Origin: Candidatus Latescibacterota bacterium
GTDB lineage: Bacteria; Latescibacterota; UBA2968; UBA8231
Length of the DNA: 64,000 nt
NCBI GenBank assembly: GCA_965243025.1
Contig: CBDETY010000003.1
Span: 5,280,001-5,344,000, forward strand
Reading direction: 5' to 3'
The position numbers and the translations under genes are program-made. This document shows, piece by piece, positions 46,001 through 55,922 of the stretch (the first letter of the stretch is position 1; every line of letters starts with the position of its first letter). The notes below the pieces were generated by a model that did not search any database, was not told where the DNA came from, and was given only the letters and a program-made list of their open reading frames with translations.

Positions 46001-47458
46001 CTATCCGAACAGCTTGAGCGACAGGCCCCAGCCGCTGACGCAGGCGAAGATCAGGAGAACGACCGCCGAGACGACGGCGCCGATCAGCACCGCGGGGCGG
46101 GTCCGGTAGCGGGGCGGCAGGATGAAGTTGAGGTAGATGGCGGCCGGCATCAGCACGGCGATCGCCAGGTTGGCCAGGAGGAAGCTCGCGATCCCGATGA
46201 GGGTGTCGAAGGGGATGTCGAGCCAGATGACGGTGGTGGCGATGGCGAACATGTACAGGCAGATGTAGCGCTTGAGGCTCTCGAAGTTCCAGGTGCGGTC
46301 GGGCCATACCGCCGAAGAGAACCCCTGGACCACGCGGGCGTACATCTCGGGCAGGGCCTGCAGCGTTCCCCACAGGGCGGCGATGATGCACACGTAGTAG
46401 ATCCCCACCAGGGTGGGGTGGATGTTGGCCCAGACGTGGGCCTGGTTGGTCAGCAGGCTCCAGCCCTGGAAGTGGGTCTTCAGGGGCATCAGCACCGCGG
46501 CCCCGGAGATCAGGAAAGCGGCGCTGACGAGGAACAGGACGATGGCGCCGAGGCCGACGTCCCAGCGCAGGGGCGCAACCAGCTGACGCAGGCGGCTGAC
46601 CTGCTCCTCGTCCTCGGGGAGGTAGTCGATCTCCTTGCTGTTGAAGGCGTGCTCGCGGATGCGGTCGATGTCGTCGTGCCCGGTCAGGCCCCAGCGGTGC
46701 AGGCCGACCCAGTTGGAGTAGGCGAGGTAGGTGAAGACGCCGCCGCCGACGTAGCCGAAGGCGGTGGCAAGGGTCAGCAGCGGATACTCGATGGCGTCGG
46801 CCGGAGCCCAGGACGGGAAGTCCGGCATCCCGTTGATGCCGAAGGTGCCGAGGAGGGCCTGGACGAAGTCGGGCCGCACCATCAGGGTGCCGATCATCGT
46901 TCCGATGACGAGAATCCCGCAGATCGCCAGCTGCTGTTTCTCCAGCCGTTCGAAGGAAAGGCGGATGCCGAACAGCATCGCCGCGGCGATGAAGAAGGTG
47001 GAGATGCCGTTCTCCCAGAGCTTCTCGGCGGCGTCGATCCCTTCGGCCGGGGCGAGGAACAGGTGGTGGACGAGGTCGCCGCACGGTTTGGAGATCGCCA
47101 CCCAGGCCAGCGGCGCCACCGACAGCTCGAGGACGATCAGCGTTATCAGCAGCCAGCCGCGCGGACCGGGGAGTTTGACGAGGCGGTGGCCGATGTACTC
47201 GCCGCTGACCGCGGTGTAGCGGCCGACGAGATAGGTGACGAAGATGCTCTTCGCCAGGACGCTGAGCAGGATCAGCCACAGCAGGTCGTACCCCGCCCAG
47301 GCGCCGAGGCGCACCACGACGATGGTCTCGCCGGCGCCGATGCTCACCGAGGCGACTATCGCCGCCGGACCGAACGCCGACATCATGGCGAGGAAGCGCC
47401 TGAGCGACCAGGGCTGGGCGTACACTCCCTCGAGAGGCGGTACGGTTACTTTATCCAT
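46001..47458 (-). CDS. NRAMP-like / APC-superfamily membrane transporter
   Basis: FGPAAIVASVSIGAGE followed by many hydrophobic segments; ATG at 47458. Confidence 0.75.
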   Translation of the reverse strand: MDKVTVPPLEGVYAQPWSLRRFLAMMSAFGPAAIVASVSIGAGETIVVVRLGAWAGYDLLWLILLSVLAKSIFVTYLVGRYTAVSGEYIGHRLVKLPGPRGWLLITLIVLELSVAPLAWVAISKPCGDLVHHLFLAPAEGIDAAEKLWENGISTFFIAAAMLFGIRLSFERLEKQQLAICGILVIGTMIGTLMVRPDFVQALLGTFGINGMPDFPSWAPADAIEYPLLTLATAFGYVGGGVFTYLAYSNWVGLHRWGLTGHDDIDRIREHAFNSKEIDYLPEDEEQVSRLRQLVAPLRWDVGLGAIVLFLVSAAFLISGAAVLMPLKTHFQGWSLLTNQAHVWANIHPTLVGIYYVCIIAALWGTLQALPEMYARVVQGFSSAVWPDRTWNFESLKRYICLYMFAIATTVIWLDIPFDTLIGIASFLLANLAIAVLMPAAIYLNFILPPRYRTRPAVLIGAVVSAVVLLIFACVSGWGLSLKLFG

Positions 47459-47616
47459 TCGTTGACGATTCTGCGGATTCAGGGCGGAAGGGCAGGGCCG
47501 CGAGGGGCAGAATATGGCCGCCCTCAGGCGCCGGATCAACTCGGCGGGAGGGTGGACGGCTTGACATCCGCCAGCCGCGGAGCTACCCCTATCTGCCCGA
47601 ACCCGAGCGATCTCCC

Positions 47617-48237
47617 GTGGCCATGAACGGCTCGCACCACTCCTGTTTTCTCGACCGTCCTTCGGAACGCTACCGCGACAGCTTCCTGGCCGGCGCCGCC
47701 GAGTTCGTCGGCGAAGGCAGGCTGGACTCGACCTACGCGGCGCTCCTCGGCTACGACCTGCGGCGGCTCGAAAGGCGTTTCTCCTCCTTCGTGTGGGACC
47801 TGCTGCAGCTCGGAGAGAAACGGCCCGCGAGCAGTTCCGGCTACCAGGACCGCGTCTTCTGGCTGATCGACGGGGAGGAGTACGTGGGCCAGCTGTCGGT
47901 GCGCCCGGACCTCGGCACCCCCTACCTGGTGACCTACGGCGGGCACGTGGGCTACAGCATCCGCCCGGGGCTGCGCCGCCGGGGTTACGGGCAGATCATC
48001 CTCTCGCTGGCCTTGAGGGAATGCATCGACATGGGACTTGCGCGCCTGCTGGTCACCTGCGACTCGGACAACATCGCCTCGAAGAAGATCATCGAGCGCA
48101 ACGGCGGCCGCTTCGAAAGCGCCATGAACATGGACGGCCGCGGGCTCGAGGCGGAGGGCCGCCGGCGCCGCGAGAGGGTGCGCAAGCTGCGCTACTGGAT
48201 CGACCTCGATCCCGTGGCCGAAGGAGCCGTCCGGTGA
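47617..48237 (+). CDS. GNAT-family N-acetyltransferase
   Basis: GGHVGYSIRPGLRRRGYG and TCDSDNIASKKIIERNGG. Confidence 0.9.
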   Translation: MAMNGSHHSCFLDRPSERYRDSFLAGAAEFVGEGRLDSTYAALLGYDLRRLERRFSSFVWDLLQLGEKRPASSSGYQDRVFWLIDGEEYVGQLSVRPDLGTPYLVTYGGHVGYSIRPGLRRRGYGQIILSLALRECIDMGLARLLVTCDSDNIASKKIIERNGGRFESAMNMDGRGLEAEGRRRRERVRKLRYWIDLDPVAEGAVR

Positions 48238-49430
48238 AGGAGCGGGTCGAACCGGACTACGGCGGCGGCAGCATAGTCAACCTGGCCGCGTCGATGGTCG
48301 CAGCTTTCGGTGTCGAGCCGCCGGCTCCCTGCTGCCGGGAGGGCCTGCTGCCGGCCGAACCGCTGGCCGCCGGCGGGGACGTCGCGCTGCTGGTCTGCGA
48401 CGCCGTCGGCCTGTACCAGTTGCAGCGCGCCATGGAGGCGGGGCGCACCCCGAACCTGTGCCGCCTCGCCGAGACCGCTCCCGGGGGGATGCGGCAGCTC
48501 ACCTCGGTATTCCCCTCGACGACGACAGCCGCCCTGACCACCCTGAGCAATGCCAGGGCTCCCTGCGATCACGGGATTCTCGGCCACCGGCTCTGGCTGG
48601 AGGAGCTGGGGAGCCTGTGCAACCTGCTGACATTCACCACCGGTTCGAAACCGCCGGAGGGGTTCGACGAGGAAGTGGTCCGCGCCGTGCCGACGGTCTA
48701 CGAGCTGCTCGCGGCGGCGGGCGTCTCCTCCAACGTCGTCAGCGCCGCCGGATACGAGGGCACCGCTTTCACCGCGCTCCTGAGCCGGGGCGCCGCCTAC
48801 CTGGGATACCAGGCCCAGTCCGAGATCCCGCACCTGCTGGACACCTGCCTGCGAGAGAGCTGCGGCCGCAGCTTCCATTCCCTTTACTGGCCGATGATCG
48901 ACACCCTCTCCCACAAGTACGGCCCGGTCTCGACGCGGGAGGAATCGCGCGCCTGCCTGCTGGAGTTCGAGTTCATCGACCTGATGATCGGCCACGTCGC
49001 CGAGGCCTGCCGCCGGTACGGCTGCTCGCTGGTGATCACCGCCGACCACGGCCAGGTGCGGCTCGACCCGGAGAAGGCCCTGGTTCTGGACGGGCCCGGC
49101 GCCGAGGCGCTGCGCCACCCCCCGGGCGGCGGCCGCAGGGCCTGGTACCTCGCCTCCGACGACCCGGAGAAACTGGTGTCCGGCGGCTTCCTGGCGCACC
49201 CGGAAGTCGAGTGGGTGCACAGCGGCGACGCGATCGCCCGCGGCTGGTTCGGGGGTGACTGCGGCAGGTTCCGCTCCCGTCTGGGGGACGTCGTCGCGCT
49301 TCCCGGGGACGGCCTGCAGCTGGTGTACGACTTCGGGTCCGGAATCCACACCCAGACCGGCTCCCACGGGGGGATGACAGCCGAGGAGATGCTGGTGCCG
49401 CTTCTCGCCGTGCCCGCCTCCGCCTGGTGA
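48234..49430 (+). CDS. Alkaline phosphatase superfamily (nucleotide pyrophosphatase/phosphodiesterase-like) protein
   Basis: DAVG, SVFPSTT, DTLSH, ITADHG and GSHGG; GTG overlaps the upstream stop. Confidence 0.85.
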   Translation: MKERVEPDYGGGSIVNLAASMVAAFGVEPPAPCCREGLLPAEPLAAGGDVALLVCDAVGLYQLQRAMEAGRTPNLCRLAETAPGGMRQLTSVFPSTTTAALTTLSNARAPCDHGILGHRLWLEELGSLCNLLTFTTGSKPPEGFDEEVVRAVPTVYELLAAAGVSSNVVSAAGYEGTAFTALLSRGAAYLGYQAQSEIPHLLDTCLRESCGRSFHSLYWPMIDTLSHKYGPVSTREESRACLLEFEFIDLMIGHVAEACRRYGCSLVITADHGQVRLDPEKALVLDGPGAEALRHPPGGGRRAWYLASDDPEKLVSGGFLAHPEVEWVHSGDAIARGWFGGDCGRFRSRLGDVVALPGDGLQLVYDFGSGIHTQTGSHGGMTAEEMLVPLLAVPASAW

Positions 49431-49437
49431 TCCCGAA

Positions 49438-50622
49438 ATGCCGGAGGCGCGCCCCGGTCTCGAAGGGAGCCGGATCGATCCGGGCGGCGGCGAGACCGCG
49501 GTCCTGTTCACCACCAACCCGGGCCTGGAGGACATCGTCGCCGACGAGTTCGGCCGCCGCCTCGCCGAAGCCGGCTTTCCGGAGCCGCGGTTCGACCTCG
49601 AGCCGTTCGGTTTCAAGGGGCACGTCCTCGCCCTGGTGCCTGTAAGCGAAGGTGTACAGGGTGCGGCGCCGGGCGGTTCGGGCCCCGGCCTGTGGGACCT
49701 GACCCTGGAGCTGCGTTCCGTCCACCACGTGGTGCGCCTCCTCTACAGCTTCGAGATCCCGGCAGAAACCGCGGCGGCAGGGGCGCCGTCGGCCGAGGCC
49801 GGCCTCGGGGCGATCCATGCCGAGGTCGCAGGCCGCGGGGTTCCCGGCATGGAGAACGCCCGCACCTTCCGGGTGACCACCAGGCGCAGCGGCGACCACC
49901 CCTTCACGAGCGTCGATGTGCAGCGGCGGGCCGGGGCCGCCCTGGTCGAGCGCTACGGGGCCGCGGTCGACCTGACCGGCTTCGACTGCAACGTCCGCGT
50001 CGACCTGTTCGGTCCGACCTGCGTCGTCGGTTCGCAGGTGACGCGGAGCCCCCTGAGCGACCGGCGCATGCGCCCCTTCTCCCCGCGCACTTCGCTGCGG
50101 CCCAACGTCGCCTTCGCCCTGGTTCACCTCGCCCGCCTGCGGGGGGACGGGGGGCCGCTGCTGGACCCCTTCTGCGGTTCCGGCACGATCCTGCGGGAAG
50201 CCTCCCGGTGTTTTCCCGAGATGGAGTTGTCCGGCAGCGACTACTCCGGGAAGGTGGTCGAGGGGGCCGCGAACAACCTCGAGGCGCTGATCGCCTCGGG
50301 CAGGTTGAGACTGTGCCGGTGCGACGCCCGCAAAATGGTGGAGGAGTACGGCAGCAACCGCTTCCAGGCGATCGTCACGAACCCGCCGTACGGGGTGCGG
50401 CAGGGCCGCGGCATGGATTTCGTCGGGTTCTACCGGCGTTTCCTCGAGCAGGCGGCCGAGGTGCTGTTCCCGGGAGGGCGGCTCGTCCTGATCGCCTGGA
50501 AGCGGGGCGCCATCGACCGCGCCAACCGCAACCTCCGGCTGTTCGGGAAAGTCCACGTCCGCGTCGTCGAGACCGGGGGCATCTACCCGCGCGTGTACGT
50601 GCTGGAACGCAGGGACCGGTAG
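49438..50622 (+). CDS. THUMP-domain class I SAM-dependent RNA methyltransferase
   Basis: TFRV, DPFCGSGTI, CDA and TNPPYG. Confidence 0.85.
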   Translation: MPEARPGLEGSRIDPGGGETAVLFTTNPGLEDIVADEFGRRLAEAGFPEPRFDLEPFGFKGHVLALVPVSEGVQGAAPGGSGPGLWDLTLELRSVHHVVRLLYSFEIPAETAAAGAPSAEAGLGAIHAEVAGRGVPGMENARTFRVTTRRSGDHPFTSVDVQRRAGAALVERYGAAVDLTGFDCNVRVDLFGPTCVVGSQVTRSPLSDRRMRPFSPRTSLRPNVAFALVHLARLRGDGGPLLDPFCGSGTILREASRCFPEMELSGSDYSGKVVEGAANNLEALIASGRLRLCRCDARKMVEEYGSNRFQAIVTNPPYGVRQGRGMDFVGFYRRFLEQAAEVLFPGGRLVLIAWKRGAIDRANRNLRLFGKVHVRVVETGGIYPRVYVLERRDR

Positions 50623-50768
50623 CGGCGGCCGGTCGGGCAATGCGGGCTCTCCCTGGTCCCGCGCAAGGGCCGGGGTGCGGCACGGGATCGCTGACCGAAC
50701 GGTGGCCAGGGGCGGAGGTCCCGCTCCATGAATCCCGGCCTCCCGGGGGCTTCGGGGCCACGGGGGCC

Positions 50769-53171
50769 TCACATCATGGTCCGCCACCGCAGCCGGCTGC
50801 CGTCCGAGGTGACGATGGCGGCGCCCCGGCGGTCGGTCCGCAGCACCGTTATCCCGCGGCTTCCCAGCCGCTCGAGAATCCCGGGCGCCGGGTGGCCGAA
50901 CTTGTTGAACTCCCCGGCCGAGATCACCGCCAGCCCGGGGGCGACCCGGGCGAGGAGCGCGGGATGGGTCGAAGTGTCGGAACCGTGGTGTCCGACCTTG
51001 AGGACGTCCGCCCGCAGCCGCTCCTCCCACCTCGCCAGCGCCAGGTCCGCGGCCCGTTCGGCGTCGCCTGTGAAAAGGAAGCGGTGCCCTCCGTAGGAGA
51101 GCCGCAACACCACCGAGCCGTTGTTCAGCCCGTGCGGAGAACCCCCCTCGGCGTCGACGAACTCCGCAGTCGGGTGCAGGACCAGGATGCCGGCTCCTCC
51201 CAGGCCGGCGATGCTGTCGCCGGCGGCGACGCGGTGATAGCGGGTCCCCTTCTCCACGGCGAGCTCGCGCAGCCGCAGCGCCGCCCACGAGTCGCAGCTC
51301 TGGCCGGCGTCCAGCAGGTGGCGCACCTCGAGCTCCTCCAGCACCGTGACCAGGCCGCCGATATGGTCGAGGTGGGGATGCGACACCACCATCGCGTCGA
51401 TGCTGCGGACGTTCCTGGCCTTGAGGAACGGCAGCAGCACCCGCTTCCCGTAGTCGAAGCCGAAGCTGCGGCTGCCGCCGTCGACGAGCATGGAGCGGCC
51501 GTTCGGGAAGCGCAGGAAGGCGGCGTCCCCCTGGCCGACGTCGAGGAAGCAGATCTCGACCTGGCGGCGTCCGAGGGCGGCGCTCCAGGCCGCGGCGTTG
51601 GCAGCGATCAGGAGGGTGAACAGGACCAGCTTGCGGGCGCCGGGGTGGTCCCGCCAGTGGGCCAGCAGGAAAGTCAGGAAGGCGGCGGCCGCCAACGCGG
51701 AAAGGGAAGGTCTCGGGACCGTCACCGAGGCGTAGGGCAGGCCGGCGAACAGGTCGACGGCCGCCACCATCCCTTTCAGCGCAACGTAGCCGCAGCCGTT
51801 GAAGGCTGTAGCGGCGGCCGGAAGCCACCAGCCGGTCAGGGCGGCGGCCACCCCCATGGCGAGGGCCGCGGTCAGCAGCGGCACGACGAAGAGATTGGCG
51901 AGCAGCGAGACCGGCGCGAAGTGCTGGAAGTGGTAGGCGATCAGCGGGCTGGTGCCGGCCTGGGCGGCGATCGAGACGCACAGGGGGGCGACGAGCCATT
52001 TGCCGGTCGTGCTCTCTTCCGATCGCCAGCGCGAGGGGAAGAGGGCGGCGAGGTCCTGGTGCAGGCCGACGATCGCCAGGGTCGCGGCGAACGAAAGCTG
52101 GAAGCTGAGGGAGAGCAGGCTGGCCGGCCACGCCAGCAGGATGATCAGCGCCGCCAGCCCGAGGGAATTGTACACGTCCCCATGGCGGTCGATGGCGCGC
52201 CCGACCAGCACCACCCCGGCCATGATCGCGGCGCGCACCACCGGGGGCTGCAGGTCGGTGATCAGGGCGTAGAGCCCCAGGACCGCTGTGGTGGCTAGCG
52301 CGGCGGCCCGGTCGGGAAGCCGGCATGCGCGCAGGCCGAACAGGAAGAACAGCGCGATCAGGCCGACGTGCAGCCCGCTGACCACCAGGGCGTGCGCCAG
52401 ACCGGTGCTGCGGAACTGCTCCCTGAGGTCGGCGGGAATGCGGTACTTCTCGCCGAGCAGCATGCCGAGAAGCAGGCCGGCGGGAGCCCCGGACAGGTTG
52501 GCCTCGACCGCCCCCCTGACGGCGGCGCGGGCGGGCCGCAGCACCCGCTCCTTGAACCGGGCCCCGGTGCGGGGAGCGGTCCAGACCACCTGCTCCGCCC
52601 GCCGCACCGAGGCGACGGCGTGGATTCCCCTCTGCTGCAGAAAGGCGCGGTAGTCGAAGGCCGCGGGATTGCGCGCCGGCGAGGGCCGCCGCAGGCGCAC
52701 CTCGAGGACGGCGCTGTCGGCGTAGTCGGCGGCGACGGGGATCGACGAGGTGATCAGCACCCGCCCGGAGGCCGGCACCAGTGCATCCCCGGGCTCGATT
52801 GCTGCAAGGTCGAGGGCGTAGCGGGTGCGTTCGCCGGCAACCTCGGGGTCGGATGCGAGGACGCCGCGCAGCCGGACGCGCTCGCCGAACAGGTTCGATC
52901 TCGAGACGTGGCCGGGCGGTAACAGCTCCGTTGCCGCCCGGTAACGCGCCGCCCCGAGGCAGGCCGTCAGCAGCAGGCAGCAGCATACCCCGAGGGCCGT
53001 TTCCGACCATCCGGTGTACCGGGCGAGAAGGACGGCGGCGAAGGCTGCGGACGCGGCCGCCGACCAGGGCTCGCAGGAGAAGCCGGACTCGGCACCGGCG
53101 AGAATACCGGCGGCGCAGGCCAGCGCCGCCCACAGGGCCGGCCTCCGGCCCCGGAAGATGGCTGTCAGCAC
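50769..53171 (-). CDS. comEC: DNA internalization competence protein ComEC/Rec2
   Basis: RNPAAFDY, HALVVSGLH, FQLSF, DVGQGD, SHPHLDH, KVGHHGS and FGHP. Confidence 0.93.
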   Translation of the reverse strand: MLTAIFRGRRPALWAALACAAGILAGAESGFSCEPWSAAASAAFAAVLLARYTGWSETALGVCCCLLLTACLGAARYRAATELLPPGHVSRSNLFGERVRLRGVLASDPEVAGERTRYALDLAAIEPGDALVPASGRVLITSSIPVAADYADSAVLEVRLRRPSPARNPAAFDYRAFLQQRGIHAVASVRRAEQVVWTAPRTGARFKERVLRPARAAVRGAVEANLSGAPAGLLLGMLLGEKYRIPADLREQFRSTGLAHALVVSGLHVGLIALFFLFGLRACRLPDRAAALATTAVLGLYALITDLQPPVVRAAIMAGVVLVGRAIDRHGDVYNSLGLAALIILLAWPASLLSLSFQLSFAATLAIVGLHQDLAALFPSRWRSEESTTGKWLVAPLCVSIAAQAGTSPLIAYHFQHFAPVSLLANLFVVPLLTAALAMGVAAALTGWWLPAAATAFNGCGYVALKGMVAAVDLFAGLPYASVTVPRPSLSALAAAAFLTFLLAHWRDHPGARKLVLFTLLIAANAAAWSAALGRRQVEICFLDVGQGDAAFLRFPNGRSMLVDGGSRSFGFDYGKRVLLPFLKARNVRSIDAMVVSHPHLDHIGGLVTVLEELEVRHLLDAGQSCDSWAALRLRELAVEKGTRYHRVAAGDSIAGLGGAGILVLHPTAEFVDAEGGSPHGLNNGSVVLRLSYGGHRFLFTGDAERAADLALARWEERLRADVLKVGHHGSDTSTHPALLARVAPGLAVISAGEFNKFGHPAPGILERLGSRGITVLRTDRRGAAIVTSDGSRLRWRTMM

Positions 53172-53463
53172 CCCCGGCGAGAGGCAAAACCTGTTCCATC
53201 CGGCGGTGCGCTTCGGTCCCGGTTCCCCTGCGGTTCGATCCGATCGCGCGCTTTTTCAACCGCTCGGGGGGGAACGCTGCAACTGCTGGTGACCTTTCCC
53301 GGAGAATTGGTTTGCAAAATCCGGCCTCGAACCGGGCGGATCGGCGGGAGAATTGCAGGATATTGGTGGGACAGGAAACCAGGTCGGGTCGACCGCGATC
53401 TTCCCTTCAATGACTATGCCGGCTGCAGAGCCGCCGGCCAGCGGGCTGCTCCCAAGGGAGCCG

Positions 53464-53492
53464 TCGACAGGGTTTCGCGGGCCGGGTATATT
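53464..53492 (+). promoter_or_regulatory. Putative sigma70-type promoter for fxsA (near-leaderless)
   Basis: TCGACA (53464-69), 17-bp spacer, TATATT (53487-92), ending 9 nt before the ATG at 53502 with no SD sequence. Confidence 0.45.
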
Positions 53493-53501
53493 GCCCGCCC
53501 C

Positions 53502-53882
53502 ATGTGGTGGCGGCTCTTCCTGGTCTTCACGGTGACCCCGGTCGTCGAACTGGCCCTGCTGATCCGGGTCGGACAGACCCTCGGGGTCCTGCCGACGATT
53601 GCGATCGTCGTCGCGACCGGCGCCGCCGGGGCCCTGCTGGCCCGCAGTCAGGGTCTGCTCGCCCTGCGCCGGCTGCAGCACGCGGTCTCGGGCGCGACCT
53701 TTCCCGGGGACGAGATCTTCGACGGGGTGCTGATTCTGATGGGAGGAATGCTGCTGCTGACGCCGGGCTTCCTCACCGACCTCGTCGGCTTCGCCGCCCT
53801 GCTGCCCGGCACGCGCGGGGTCCTCAAGGAGATCGTGCGGCGGCAGGTGCGCCGCCGCGTTCGCCGCGTCCGCACCGTCTGA
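53502..53882 (+). CDS. fxsA: FxsA family membrane protein
   Basis: PVVELALLI, GALLARSQG and LLLTPGFLTD. Confidence 0.9.
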   Translation: MWWRLFLVFTVTPVVELALLIRVGQTLGVLPTIAIVVATGAAGALLARSQGLLALRRLQHAVSGATFPGDEIFDGVLILMGGMLLLTPGFLTDLVGFAALLPGTRGVLKEIVRRQVRRRVRRVRTV

Positions 53883-53903
53883 CCGCCGACGGCATGCCCG
53901 TGG

Positions 53904-55463
53904 TCAGGCCGTCTTCTCCGCCAGCATGTCGAGGACGCGCTCCTTCCCGACCAGGCTGACGAAGGAGCCGAACCTCGGTCCCCGCTCCTGCCCGAGCACC
54001 ACCTCGTAGAAGGCGCGGAACAGCTCCTTCGGCTCCTTGCCGGCGGCGCGCGCCACGTCGAAGGGGATCGCCTGCCAGGTTTCCTCGTCCCCGTTCCCGC
54101 ACTGGGAAAGCCGGGCCCGCATTGCGGCCAGCAGCTCGCGCTCCTCCGGCGAGGGGGACCGGTACTTCTTGCCCGGCAGGACGCGGTCCTTGTAGTAGTT
54201 CATCCCCTTGTCGATCAGTTCCTCGACCACCGCTTCGTTGGCGGCGACGGTGGAGTCGTAGCGCCGCAGGTACTCCTTGAGCAGTCCGGTCGAGTCGATC
54301 CCCAGCGCCGATATGAGGTTGTTGACCGTGGTCGAATCGACGCCCGAGCCGTACCGGGGGACGCCCTCCCCCTTGCCGTGGATGTGCCACAGCTCGCTCT
54401 CGGGCCGCTCCTCGCCGGGGATCTCCGGGTAGGAGCGCAGGGCGGCGAGGTAGTCGTCGACGCACTTGGGGACGATGCCCCAGTGCAGGCGTTTGGCGCG
54501 CCGGGGGTTCTGGAACAGGAAGAAGAGCAGGGATTCGAGCGGGGCGTACTGCGTCCACTCGTCGACGGTGACCCCCATGCGCCCGGCGGAACTGGACAGA
54601 CCGCGTCCCTCTTCATCGAGGAAGTACTCGAAACAGAGTCCGACCGGAGGCTGCTTGCCCATCGTGCCCACGATTCTCGACGACTGGCGGACCGACTCGA
54701 CCAGGTCCTTGCCGTACATCTCGTAGTCGACCTCGTACGCGTACCAGCGCAGGGCCCAGTCGACCTTCCAGCCGACTTTCGCCAGCCCCCCGAGAATCGA
54801 CTGCTCGCCGCTCTCGCCGCAGCCTGCGTAGCGGTCGGTGCGGATGTCGCAGGAGAAGCCGACGCTGTCGCGCTCCGGGTGGTAGGAGGTCACCCGCGTC
54901 GCGTTGATCGAGCCGCAGCCGGGACAGATCGGAAAGAAGGGGGACCAGTGCTCGCGGTTCTCCTCGCGCAGGGTGGGCAGTATCAGCTCCCTGACCTCTT
55001 CGACTTTGGCGAGCAGCACCGAGAGCCCTTCGTCGAAGTCGCCGCGGGCGTAGGCTTCGCGCGAACTCTGGAATTCGTAGTCGAAGCCGTACGAGTCGAG
55101 GAACTCGCGCAGCTTCAGGTTCATGTGGTCGCTGAAGCTCGAGCAGCAGCCGAAGGGGTCGGGGATCGCGTGCAGGGGCCGCCCGAGGTTGGCGGCCAGC
55201 ATGTCGGGCTGCGGCAGGTTGCCGGGAACCTTGCGCAGACCGTCCATGTCGTCGCTGAAGCAGATCAGGCGGGTCGGTTCGCGGTACCGGTGTTCGCAGG
55301 CGTTGCGGACCCAGGTGGTGCGGGCGACCTCGGAGAAGTGGCCCATGTGGGGAAAGCCGCTGGGACCGAACCCGGTCTGGAAAAGCACCGGACGCTCCCC
55401 GGACCGGCGGCGGGCGGCGATCCGGCCCGCTTCCCGGAAGGGCCAGGCCTTGTATTCGCGCAT
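53904..55463 (-). CDS. lysS: Lysine--tRNA ligase, class I
   Basis: AWPF, TGFGPSGFPH, SDDMDGLRKVP, WKVDWALRW, EMYGKD and GPRFGSF. Confidence 0.92.
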   Translation of the reverse strand: MREYKAWPFREAGRIAARRRSGERPVLFQTGFGPSGFPHMGHFSEVARTTWVRNACEHRYREPTRLICFSDDMDGLRKVPGNLPQPDMLAANLGRPLHAIPDPFGCCSSFSDHMNLKLREFLDSYGFDYEFQSSREAYARGDFDEGLSVLLAKVEEVRELILPTLREENREHWSPFFPICPGCGSINATRVTSYHPERDSVGFSCDIRTDRYAGCGESGEQSILGGLAKVGWKVDWALRWYAYEVDYEMYGKDLVESVRQSSRIVGTMGKQPPVGLCFEYFLDEEGRGLSSSAGRMGVTVDEWTQYAPLESLLFFLFQNPRRAKRLHWGIVPKCVDDYLAALRSYPEIPGEERPESELWHIHGKGEGVPRYGSGVDSTTVNNLISALGIDSTGLLKEYLRRYDSTVAANEAVVEELIDKGMNYYKDRVLPGKKYRSPSPEERELLAAMRARLSQCGNGDEETWQAIPFDVARAAGKEPKELFRAFYEVVLGQERGPRFGSFVSLVGKERVLDMLAEKTA

Positions 55464-55479
55464 CGCAACTCCCGGGAGC

Positions 55480-55698
55480 TCAGCGATTGCGAAACGTGAT
55501 GCGTCCCCGCGTCAGGTCGTAGGGAGACAGCGCGACGGTCACCTGGTCGCCGGGCAGGACGCGGATGTAGTACTTCCGCATCTTGCCCGAGATGTGCGCC
55601 AGGATCTCGTGTCCGTTCTCCATCTCGACCTTGAAGAAGCCGTTGGGCAGGGCTTCCTTGACGACGGCCTGGACTTCTATCGCCTCTTCCTTGGGCAT
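55480..55698 (-). CDS. infA: Translation initiation factor IF-1
   Basis: MPKEEAIEV...LAHISGKMR...[13 protein letters not shown]; RBS CAGGAG. Confidence 0.97.
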   Translation of the reverse strand: MPKEEAIEVQAVVKEALPNGFFKVEMENGHEILAHISGKMRKYYIRVLPGDQVTVALSPYDLTRGRITFRNR

Positions 55699-55868
55699 GA
55701 ACTCCTGCAGATCGAAGATTCCGTTCGGGGCTGGTCCGCATAATGAAAAAGCGAGCCGAGTCTTCCTTTCCCGGAAGCCCCGCTCGCTCGCGTCTGCCAC
55801 AACCCGCCGGAATCTCAGAAAGTCATTAAAAGTGCCTTGCTTTCAGGTCTGTTTACCAGAACCGGTCA

Positions 55869-55897
55869 AGGTTACGGAATGCCCGGCGCGAAGTCAA
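55869..55897 (-). promoter_or_regulatory. Putative sigma70-type promoter for infA-lysS
   Basis: Minus strand TTGACT (55897-92), 17-bp spacer, TAACCT (55874-69). Confidence 0.5.
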
Positions 55898-55922
55898 CGA
55901 ACCAATTTGCGCGGGTTCGCCC

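Noticed and set aside
48234-49430. Possible BREX PglZ
   Set aside because: Stand-alone alkaline-phosphatase-fold protein among housekeeping genes, with no brx/pgl neighbours.
49036-53259. 1407-aa minus-strand ORF and other long Arg/Pro/Gly-rich ORFs (e.g. 565-1605, 37071-39026, 36787-39030, 61736-63934)
   Set aside because: Alternative-frame or antisense shadows of well-supported genes in high-GC DNA; no recognisable motifs.
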